Under the pieces are notes generated by a model. That model had not been told where the DNA came from and did not search any database. It saw nothing but the letters and a program-made list of their open reading frames with translations. A stretch of DNA of 64,000 nt from a virus. Below, in pieces: positions 43,292 through 50,443 of this stretch. Position numbers and translations under genes: made by a program. The stretch is from IMG/VR virus record IMGVR_UViG_3300047157_000063, positions 7,676-71,675 of that record, one strand, 5' to 3'. Positions within the stretch are counted from its first letter, which is position 1. Every line of letters begins with the position of its first letter.

Positions 43292-43513
43292 ATGACAACA
43301 AAATGTAAATGTAAAAATATAATACCTCCGCAGCGGTTGGCACTAGGCTATACCTCTTGCGTCGAATGCAGTACCGTACAAGCTTACGGTTGTATTAACA
43401 TCACCTACCACAAAACCGGTAATACTATCCAGATTATGCCGAAGGATCAGGCGAAACGTATACGCAAGCTAACCGCTAGACGAGGCTATGGAACAATGTT
43501 AAGAAATATATAA
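43292..43513 (+). CDS. C4 zinc-finger protein, DksA/TraR-finger-like
   Basis: CKCKNIIPPQRLALGYTSCVECS resembles the C..C...IP..RL......CV.C finger of DksA/TraR. Confidence 0.6.
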   Translation: MTTKCKCKNIIPPQRLALGYTSCVECSTVQAYGCINITYHKTGNTIQIMPKDQAKRIRKLTARRGYGTMLRNI

Positions 43514-43515
43514 CT

Positions 43516-43728
43516 ATGAGTGATTCAGTAAAAGCATGGCACGAAATGCAAGAAGAAAATAAAATATCTATATCCGTAGATAAAGATTTAATACTAGTAA
43601 ACAAACTACTAGCATTGAGTAATGAGCAAAAATTACTAGACATAGATCAAGCTTTAAAAGAGTATGAAGGTAATGTTATAGATAAATGGCAAGTTATTAA
43701 TAGAATAGAAGAAATAATGTCACGTTGA
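43516..43728 (+). CDS. Early hypothetical protein
   Basis: 70-aa ORF MSDSVKAWHEMQEE... Confidence 0.55.
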   Translation: MSDSVKAWHEMQEENKISISVDKDLILVNKLLALSNEQKLLDIDQALKEYEGNVIDKWQVINRIEEIMSR

Positions 43729-43739
43729 GGCGTGATAAT

Positions 43740-43846
43740 GGTGGCGGCATACTGGTCACGTTAGCGGTAAATCCTACTATGGTACGCAAAACAGAAAGAG
43801 CGGATAAATGATAATACTAGTTAGCTACCAGTCCGCAACTGCTACC
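43740..43846 (+). ncRNA. Putative structured ncRNA immediately upstream of the tmRNA-like RNA
   Basis: Terminal stems GGTGGCGG/CTGCTACC and ACTGGT/ACCAGT enclose an A-rich interior; GC-richer than the flanks. Confidence 0.45.
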
Positions 43847-43849
43847 TAT

Positions 43850-43970
43850 GGGCGTGAAATGGTATGGTCACCTAACATTAAATCGAGGTCTTGGCTTCAA
43901 GCTTGTATCAGTTGTACAAAGCCACTCGTAGTGACAGTGATAAACGCAGGTTCGATTCCTGCCACGTCCA
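43850..43970 (+). ncRNA. Minimal tmRNA-like (tRNA-Ala-like domain) RNA
   Basis: Acceptor GGGCGTG/CACGTCC with G3:U70 and discriminator A; stemless D-loop AAATGGTATG; T-arm GCAGG-TTCGATT-CCTGC; long irregular hairpin in place of the anticodon arm. Confidence 0.7.
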
Positions 43971-43974
43971 CAAT

Positions 43975-44005
43975 ACAAACCAAATACGAATGTAGTTGGA
44001 TAATA
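43975..44005 (+). promoter_or_regulatory. Phage-specific early promoter motif, copy 5
   Basis: ACA-aacc-AAATACGAA-tgtagt-TGGATAATA; ATG at 44022. Confidence 0.8.
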
Positions 44006-44021
44006 TAATTAAATAATAAAT

Positions 44022-44258
44022 ATGACAAAAATCAAGACCGTCTACGACAGATTACTGCCCGACGTTAAAACAAGTTTGCAGGCTAGTGCTAGAAAGTATG
44101 ACTCTGCTAAAAGACTTAAGTATACTCTTATGTCTAAAATGATGTGGAATGAATTAACTATTGACGAGATGAAAGACTTGTTTACTTACGGTGATATAAC
44201 AAGCTATAAACTAGAATGCTGGAGCTTTATGTATGGTGATAATATACTTACGAAATGA
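44022..44258 (+). CDS. Early hypothetical protein
   Basis: 78-aa ORF after motif copy 5. Confidence 0.6.
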   Translation: MTKIKTVYDRLLPDVKTSLQASARKYDSAKRLKYTLMSKMMWNELTIDEMKDLFTYGDITSYKLECWSFMYGDNILTK

Positions 44259-44521
44259 GCAAGCAAAAATTACCCGAATGGTTTAGAGGACAATTGTATA
44301 CTACGGGAGATACAGTAACAAATCCTTTTAGTGGAGAAAGTTATAAACTAACAGCAAAAGAATTAAGCATGTATGATTTTATAATGGGTTCTCAAATGGT
44401 AATTGAAATGAAAGGTGGACCTTTCAGTAGAGCTTCGTTTGAAGTACAAAAAGATATGGCTAAGGCATTAGATTGGTTCAGACATAATAATGCTAAAGCT
44501 TATATGGTATTACTTGATTAA
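44255..44521 (+). CDS. Conserved phage hypothetical protein
   Basis: VTNPFSGESYKL...ELSMYDFIMG...LDWFRHNNAKAYMVLLD. Confidence 0.65.
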   Translation: MSKQKLPEWFRGQLYTTGDTVTNPFSGESYKLTAKELSMYDFIMGSQMVIEMKGGPFSRASFEVQKDMAKALDWFRHNNAKAYMVLLD

Positions 44522-44531
44522 TGCTATACAC

Positions 44532-44605
44532 GGCGGGATAGAGCAGCTGGTCAGCTCGCAAGGCTCATAACCTTGAGGTCGATGGTTCGAATCCATCTCC
44601 CGCAA
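44532..44605 (+). tRNA. tRNA-Met(CAT), probably initiator
   Basis: Cloverleaf: acceptor GGCGGGA/TCCCGCA with a 1:72 mismatch, D-arm GAGC/GCTC, anticodon arm CAAGG-CTCATAA-CCTTG, T-arm GATGG-TTCGAAT-CCATC; CCA not encoded. Confidence 0.92.
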
Positions 44606-44622
44606 CTAAAAATAATAATAAT

Positions 44623-44964
44623 ATGACTAACGTAGAATTTGACGTACTAACTGCTAAATTGGCCGAGGTAGCTAGAGAAACGATGAATAAAAAAGGCCCA
44701 GAATATACTAATCAAAACGCTGATGTTTTAAATAACTTTAAATCAACAGGTAAAAGATTAAATGTATCTCCCATAAAAGTATGGAGTATATTCATGGATA
44801 AGCAGATACAAAGTGTAATGGCTCATGTCAATAATCCGCATCTTGACAAAGCTGAGAGCATAGAATCTAGATTTGCAGACATAATTAACTACTGCTTCTT
44901 AGGTCATGCTTTATTTACAGAAAGAGATAGCGGTAAAATTAAAGAAATATTTAACAATGAGTAA
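44623..44964 (+). CDS. Nucleotide-modification-associated MazG-fold protein (DUF1599/Nmad1-like)
   Basis: KKGPEY...DVLNNF...MDKQ...ESIESRFADIINYCFL pattern. Confidence 0.6.
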   Translation: MTNVEFDVLTAKLAEVARETMNKKGPEYTNQNADVLNNFKSTGKRLNVSPIKVWSIFMDKQIQSVMAHVNNPHLDKAESIESRFADIINYCFLGHALFTERDSGKIKEIFNNE

Positions 44965-45127
44965 TATAACACAAGAAGATTTTAATGCATACGTAGATGT
45001 GCAAGAGTCAGGAGTAACAAACATGTTTAACGTAAGCGTAGTATCAGACTATTCAGGTCTAAGAAAAGATCAGATTATAGAAATTATGACTAACTACTCT
45101 GATTTAAAAGAGAAATATGGCGACTAG
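44957..45127 (+). CDS. DUF5049-like small protein
   Basis: VQESGVTNMFN motif. Confidence 0.55.
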   Translation: MSNITQEDFNAYVDVQESGVTNMFNVSVVSDYSGLRKDQIIEIMTNYSDLKEKYGD

Positions 45128-45578
45128 AAACTTAACAATGGTAGTAGATAGGAAACACGCAGAGGACCATGAACTTGGTTTTGCTGCTCCTCCTAGTTTT
45201 TTCAGTGACAAAAGCTATGTAAATATGTATTTACACCATGATGGTTATCCTCAATGGCAAGGTATACAGATCGCTAATTGGTTACACGCTAACCCAACTA
45301 GTGACGGTAGCCGTTTAGCTGCTAAATTAGTTCATGATATGTATTATGACAGTTGCTATTTATACCAAGATGTAAACAGAATAGATCATCAGTATACTTA
45401 TATTATATTCTCAGGTAAACAAGACAGGTGGGTTAGTTGTTATGACAACTATTCAAGCGAAACTGTATTTGTACTAAAACCAGAGAAGATTATATCTAGG
45501 TATATGCAAGATATGGAATACACTGATTTTGCAAATGGTGAAACTAGATACAAACTAAATACGAACGTGATTGGATAA
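45117..45578 (+). CDS. Conserved phage protein (YxHxDGYP family)
   Basis: MATR...MYLHHDGYPQWQG...HQYTYII. Confidence 0.65.
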   Translation: MATRNLTMVVDRKHAEDHELGFAAPPSFFSDKSYVNMYLHHDGYPQWQGIQIANWLHANPTSDGSRLAAKLVHDMYYDSCYLYQDVNRIDHQYTYIIFSGKQDRWVSCYDNYSSETVFVLKPEKIISRYMQDMEYTDFANGETRYKLNTNVIG

Positions 45579-45580
45579 TA
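45550..45580 (+). promoter_or_regulatory. Phage-specific early promoter motif, copy 6
   Basis: ACA-aact-AAATACGAA-cgtgat-TGGATAATA; ATG at 45586; heads the ligase-to-sigma unit. Confidence 0.8.
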
Positions 45581-45585
45581 TATAT

Positions 45586-45876
45586 ATGACAGACGACGAA
45601 TTAAACAAACTTGCATCTATGATAGCCGACAAGCTTATCACTCATCGTAATGATAAAGATATAGCTTGGCATGACAAAAGCCCTATAACTATAGAGCACT
45701 TGCTAGAAGATATGCCTTTAAGTTTCAAAGAAACTCCTGAAGAACATATCATAGGTGAAATTGCACGTCTTACTACTCTTCTAATGATGTATCAAGAGCA
45801 AGAAGAATACAGGAAAATGCAGATAATACAAAATAAAATTAACAGATTACAAAACAAATTAGATAATGATAATTAA
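45586..45876 (+). CDS. Hypothetical protein with UVR-like coiled coil
   Basis: MTDDELNKLA...EQEEYRKMQIIQNKI. Confidence 0.55.
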   Translation: MTDDELNKLASMIADKLITHRNDKDIAWHDKSPITIEHLLEDMPLSFKETPEEHIIGEIARLTTLLMMYQEQEEYRKMQIIQNKINRLQNKLDNDN

Positions 45877-46705
45877 CAAACCAATGTTAGCACACAAGTA
45901 TGACGACAAGCGAGTAGACTGGTCTCAACCTGTGTATATACAACCTAAACTTGACGGCGTCCGCTGCTTGTTTACTAAAGACGGTGCATACTCTCGTACC
46001 GGTAAACAATTTAAAAACGTAGCTCATATAGAGCTCGCATTACTATCGTTCTTCAAGCATAGCCCAGACGTTGTACTTGACGGCGAATTATACAATCATA
46101 AACTAAAACATGATTTCGAAAAAATTATATCATTAGTTCGTAAGCAAAAGCCTACTGCTGATGACAGACTAGATGCTCAACACCTCGTGCAATTTCACGT
46201 GTACGACTACATTTCAACACCTGTATACGATAGTTACAAAAGACGTATGCACAATCTAGTAACAACAGATCTATATTGTCCAAGCATACAATACGTACCA
46301 GCTAAACTTGTTGACAGTTATAATTATGCTAGAGATATACACGCTGACTTCCTTGATCAAGGTTACGAAGGCTCTATTATCAGGCTAGATGGTCTATACA
46401 AACACGGTAGGTCTTACGACTTAATGAAATTCAAAGACTTCAGCGATACTGAAGCAACCATCATAGGTTATGAATTAGGTAAGGGTAAGCGACAAGGCAC
46501 GCTCGGAAAGTTCCTGATGCAAGATGACGAAGGTATAAAGTTCGGTTGTCCGCCGGGCAAAGGTTATACCTACAAGGATCTCGCAAATATGTTACTGAAA
46601 GTTAATGACTATATAGGTCAGCGTGCTACCTTTACTTATTTTCAACGAACTAAAGCAGGTTCATACAGACACCCGCTATTTAAATGTATACGTAATTATG
46701 AGTAA
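45866..46705 (+). CDS. ATP-dependent DNA ligase
   Basis: Motif I QPKLDGVRC, VLDGELY, FHVYD, GYEGSIIR, LMKFK and C-terminal RHPLF. Confidence 0.93.
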   Translation: MIINKPMLAHKYDDKRVDWSQPVYIQPKLDGVRCLFTKDGAYSRTGKQFKNVAHIELALLSFFKHSPDVVLDGELYNHKLKHDFEKIISLVRKQKPTADDRLDAQHLVQFHVYDYISTPVYDSYKRRMHNLVTTDLYCPSIQYVPAKLVDSYNYARDIHADFLDQGYEGSIIRLDGLYKHGRSYDLMKFKDFSDTEATIIGYELGKGKRQGTLGKFLMQDDEGIKFGCPPGKGYTYKDLANMLLKVNDYIGQRATFTYFQRTKAGSYRHPLFKCIRNYE

Positions 46706-46737
46706 GACAATATGGAAACTATATAATGATAATAACA

Positions 46738-47170
46738 ATGAATATATTTTATTTAGCTAAATGCCCATACAAAGCGGCGGAGTTACAATATAATAAACAT
46801 GTGGTAAAGATGATACTTGAGTCAGCTCAAATGTTATGTACTGCTCACCATCATTATGCTGAGAAGCATGAGATCAACGCTGACTACATACCATACAAAA
46901 AGGCTCATTACAATCACCCATCAACTATATGGTGTAGACAAAACAAAAACCATTACAGATGGTTATATAACCACATGAAAGCATTAGGCAGAGAATATAC
47001 TGCTAGGTATGGTAAAGAACATTTATCAATAACTAAATGTAAATCTAAACTTAGTTTATATCCTCATGATATACCTGAAGGAGCGTTTGAGCAACCTCCT
47101 CAGTGTATGCCTGATGAATACAAAGACAAATGTAGTATACAAGCTTACTGGAATTATTACATTATAAATA
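46738..47170 (+). CDS. Pyrimidine-dimer DNA glycosylase/endonuclease V-like protein (appears fused in frame to the next gene)
   Basis: MNIFYL...KHVVKMILESAQMLCTAH...HYNHPSTIW...EYTARYGKEH...PPQCMPDEYK. Confidence 0.7.
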
Positions 47171-47181
47171 GTAACAGGCTT

Positions 47182-47808
47182 ATGTCACAAGAAAGAAGAT
47201 TGAAATGGCTAAATGATAGACGCATCGTTTATAGGAGAGATCCTGATACTGATACACCTACTATTGAAACCAAACAATATAAATACTACGCTGATGGTAC
47301 ATACCAATGTTATCACTTGTTTAATAGCAAGGCTAAGATAACCACGTATAAATCATTAAAGTGGCATATGCTTGTATTATATTACCTGAATGATGATATA
47401 CCACATGGTAATCCATTATTAATGGAACACTTGTTTAGGTTTATAGCTAATAAGGAAAATGGATTTGTCACCTTCTTTATTAAAAGTAGAATACTAGATG
47501 AAATGATAGATAACGTTATGACAATAGGTGGTGAACCACCAGCAAATAAAATGCGTAAAGTAGTATTTAAACCTTATAATTGTTTAACTTTAAGTGAAAA
47601 GTTAAGCATTGTAGGTAAATTAATAGGTAGATCTTCACATGTAGATGAAGAAATAATCTACCAAACAATGTTAGATTTAAATGAATTTGGAAAAAAGATT
47701 ACAATAAGTAGAATAGCTGGTTTGCTCGACTGTTCTACTAGAACAATACATAGAAACATGAGCAAGCAATTAAAAAACGAAAAAAAAATATTAAATGAAG
47801 AAATATAA
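47182..47808 (+). CDS. DNA-binding protein with C-terminal HTH (replication-initiator or regulator candidate)
   Basis: Internal start MSQERRLKWLN; C-terminal KITISRIAGLLDCSTRTIHRNM helix-turn-helix. Confidence 0.6.
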   Translation: MSQERRLKWLNDRRIVYRRDPDTDTPTIETKQYKYYADGTYQCYHLFNSKAKITTYKSLKWHMLVLYYLNDDIPHGNPLLMEHLFRFIANKENGFVTFFIKSRILDEMIDNVMTIGGEPPANKMRKVVFKPYNCLTLSEKLSIVGKLIGRSSHVDEEIIYQTMLDLNEFGKKITISRIAGLLDCSTRTIHRNMSKQLKNEKKILNEEI

Positions 47809-48559
47809 TATACCCGGCTATATAATCGACAAAGAAGATTTAAAGCAAGCATTGCTTAGGTTACCTGAACACGGTGAGAACTATCAATTATATACTCGTG
47901 AAGAATTAATAATTAAGTTCTGTCCATTAGCAGAGAATATAGCTAGAAAATTTTCAACAAGCCAACAAGCTTCTGGTGTTATGACTATAAGAGATTTAAT
48001 ACAAGAAGGTAGAGCTGGCTTAACGAAAGCTGTTGATAGAATTGATTGGGAACTATTTAATGAATCTGAAGATAGAGAAAAAACAATGAAAAGTTTTTTA
48101 TCAAAGAGAATTAGAGGTGCAATTAGAAGGTCAATTGATATTAACAGGGGTGACATACGTATACCTGAGCACAAGCTAAACGAAATACGTAGAAACTTTG
48201 GTAAAGATAAAAAGATGGTTGCTATGTTTTTTAACTCTATATTTTTAAGCATAGATGAAAAACCAAACAACGATGAAAATATGGTTTACCAAATACCAGA
48301 TAAGTCAGAACCTTATAATATGAACTTACTAAATATTTATTTAACTGGTTTGTTAAAGAAGCATTTAGACGAAAGAGAATATCATGTGTTAAGACTTAGT
48401 TATGGGTTAGACTGCGATAAGCATTCAGCTAAAGAAATTGCTGCTGAATTAAAAATCGAAGGATCGAGCTCTTATGTAAGAGTCTCTCAATTAAAAAAGC
48501 AAGCGGTAGACAAGTTAATAGAAAATGTAGACCACTCGCAAGTGCTTGATTACCTGTAA
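47795..48559 (+). CDS. Phage RNA polymerase sigma-70-family factor
   Basis: Region 2 DLIQEGRAGLTKAVDR...IRGAIRRSI...IRIPEH; region 4 LDEREYHVLRLSYGL...AKEIA...VRVSQLKKQAVDKL. Confidence 0.9.
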   Translation: MKKYNIPGYIIDKEDLKQALLRLPEHGENYQLYTREELIIKFCPLAENIARKFSTSQQASGVMTIRDLIQEGRAGLTKAVDRIDWELFNESEDREKTMKSFLSKRIRGAIRRSIDINRGDIRIPEHKLNEIRRNFGKDKKMVAMFFNSIFLSIDEKPNNDENMVYQIPDKSEPYNMNLLNIYLTGLLKKHLDEREYHVLRLSYGLDCDKHSAKEIAAELKIEGSSSYVRVSQLKKQAVDKLIENVDHSQVLDYL

Positions 48560-48631
48560 GTTAGGTGACCAGGTTAATTTAAATTTACAAATCTATATGT
48601 AATTATATATATAGACCAAAAACCTTTTGAT

Positions 48632-49186
48632 ATGAAAGAATTAAACCAAAAACTAGCGATAGTTCAGACTAAGCTAAAAACCAAGAAGACAAGCTATAAC
48701 AGCTTCGGTAAATACTATTTCCGAAAAGCTGAAGACATTCTTGAAGCTGTCAAACCATTTCTAATTGAACAAGGCATTACGGTTAAAATAACCGAGGAGA
48801 TGATCTCCGCAGATCCTGTTCCAATCATTCAATCAACAGCAACAATATCAGATGGCGAAAGTGCTATACACGCAACTGCAGTAGTAGGAGTAGACCTTAA
48901 TCAAAAAGGTATGCAAACAGCTCAGCAGTTTGGTGCAGCCTCGTCTTATGGTAAGAAGTATGCATTAGGTAATTTATTTTTAATAGATGACACAGCAGAT
49001 GCTGACAGTACTAACAAGCATGATTCAAAAGCTGTTAGCAAAATTAAACAAGCATCTAAACCAAACATAACGGGTGATCAGCTTTCAAAAGCCGTAGAAT
49101 ACGTTAAAGCAGGTGGTAAGATAGAAGCTATTACAAATAAATATAATGTTACTAAAACACAGTTGACTGAACTAACAACATTATAA
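48632..49186 (+). CDS. ERF-family single-strand annealing protein
   Basis: NSFGKYYFRKAEDILEAVKP...AQQFGAASSYGKKYALGNLFLIDDTADAD. Confidence 0.85.
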   Translation: MKELNQKLAIVQTKLKTKKTSYNSFGKYYFRKAEDILEAVKPFLIEQGITVKITEEMISADPVPIIQSTATISDGESAIHATAVVGVDLNQKGMQTAQQFGAASSYGKKYALGNLFLIDDTADADSTNKHDSKAVSKIKQASKPNITGDQLSKAVEYVKAGGKIEAITNKYNVTKTQLTELTTL

Positions 49187-49927
49187 ATGAAGAAAACAGA
49201 AATTATTGAAAGACTAAGAAATGACGAAGATTACTATGGTAAGTTTGGAAAACAATACTTAAGTAATTCAGACATATACACTCTTTTAAACAATCCTTTA
49301 GCATATGGTACTCCAATGAAACCATCTGCTGCTTTTTTAGTAGGAGGCTATTTTCACACTGCAATACTTGAACCAGATAAACTGAAAAAGTATAAAGTAA
49401 TAGAATCTAGTACACGTAATACAAAAGCATACAAGGAGATGTCAGGTGGTGAACTATGTTTACTACAACATGAGGTTGATAAGATAGAGTTAATGCAAGA
49501 AAAGCTTATGAATTTAGATATTGCCGCAGATCTTATAAGAGGAACTGATGGTAAGCTTAACGACTACGAAGTGCCCGCTGTAAAAGAAATAGCAGGTATG
49601 ATGTGGAAAGGTAAAGCAGATATTATAAATCATAATGAAAAACTTGTCATTGATCTTAAAACCACAGGCGACATCAAAAAATTTCAATGGTCTGCTTCTA
49701 AATTTAATTACGACAGTCAAGCATATATATACAGTAAATTATTTGGTTACGAAATGTTATTCATAGTAATAGACAAAGAAACCTTAGAAATAAATATATG
49801 TGATTGCTCTCCGCAGTTTTACGAAAGAGGCAAGGAAAAGGTAGAAAAAGCAGTTGAAGCTTACAAGCTGTTTTATGACACCGAGGGTTTTGACCCTAAA
49901 CAATATTTTGTAAGTAAAACCCTTTAA
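49187..49927 (+). CDS. PD-(D/E)XK exonuclease (RecE/DUF3799-like)
   Basis: YLSNSD, FHTAILEP, KGKADI...VIDLKTT, YDSQAYIY. Confidence 0.85.
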   Translation: MKKTEIIERLRNDEDYYGKFGKQYLSNSDIYTLLNNPLAYGTPMKPSAAFLVGGYFHTAILEPDKLKKYKVIESSTRNTKAYKEMSGGELCLLQHEVDKIELMQEKLMNLDIAADLIRGTDGKLNDYEVPAVKEIAGMMWKGKADIINHNEKLVIDLKTTGDIKKFQWSASKFNYDSQAYIYSKLFGYEMLFIVIDKETLEINICDCSPQFYERGKEKVEKAVEAYKLFYDTEGFDPKQYFVSKTL

Positions 49928-49937
49928 TATTAATAAT

Positions 49938-50108
49938 ATGGCAAGAACTAAAAAAAGAGTATGCAGTGTAACTGGAATTAACACTAGTGTAAATAATTTT
50001 TACACAAACCAGAGTCACGTTAAAGCAGTAGATAATCTACGAAGAACAACTGGTGCAACTAAAGATCAGTTGTCTAGAATGTTTAATCAAATTAATCAAT
50101 ACGCATAA
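49938..50108 (+). CDS. Small hypothetical protein
   Basis: Manual translation MARTKKRVCSVTGINTSVNNFYTNQSHVKAVDNLRRTTGATKDQLSRMFNQINQYA. Confidence 0.55.
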   Translation: MARTKKRVCSVTGINTSVNNFYTNQSHVKAVDNLRRTTGATKDQLSRMFNQINQYA

Positions 50109-50109
50109 T

Positions 50110-50430
50110 ATGGCAAGTATAATTAAAACAAGTATAAACTTGAACAACATACCCAAAGATAAGATCTATGTGGGTAAGAAGGGTAAGTATTTACCCATCA
50201 CGATTACACTAAATGATGAGTTAGATCAGTTCGGAAATCAAGGTCCTGTTGTAGTTGAACAAACTAAAGAGGAAAGAGAGACTAAGACTGAAAAGACTTA
50301 CTTAGGAAATGTAAAAGTAGTATGGACAAATGGTACAAACGTAGAAGTAGCTCCACGAGATGAAGCTCAATCCGCTCCAGCTATGCCACAAGCACAAGCT
50401 GCACCGGTAGAAGATGATTTACCATTTTAA
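50110..50430 (+). CDS. Single-stranded DNA-binding protein (Bacteroidota phage type)
   Basis: GKKGKYL...DQFGN...QTKEERE...YLGN with acidic tail EDDLPF. Confidence 0.7.
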   Translation: MASIIKTSINLNNIPKDKIYVGKKGKYLPITITLNDELDQFGNQGPVVVEQTKEERETKTEKTYLGNVKVVWTNGTNVEVAPRDEAQSAPAMPQAQAAPVEDDLPF

Positions 50431-50443
50431 TAATAGTTAAAGA

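Noticed and set aside
43850-43970. Ordinary tRNA-Ala, intron-containing tRNA or permuted two-piece tmRNA
   Set aside because: There is no D-stem and no 7-nt anticodon loop with an NGC anticodon, the insert is too short for a group I intron, and the 5' and 3' acceptor strands are in normal order.
43808-44008. 66-aa ORF overlapping the tmRNA-like RNA
   Set aside because: It spans the structured RNA and promoter copy 5 and has no recognisable protein features; likely spurious.
40673-45580. The repeated 31-bp motif as a CRISPR array or mini-array
   Set aside because: Copies are 130-1600 bp apart, have variable internal spacers, sit before start codons, and no cas genes are present.
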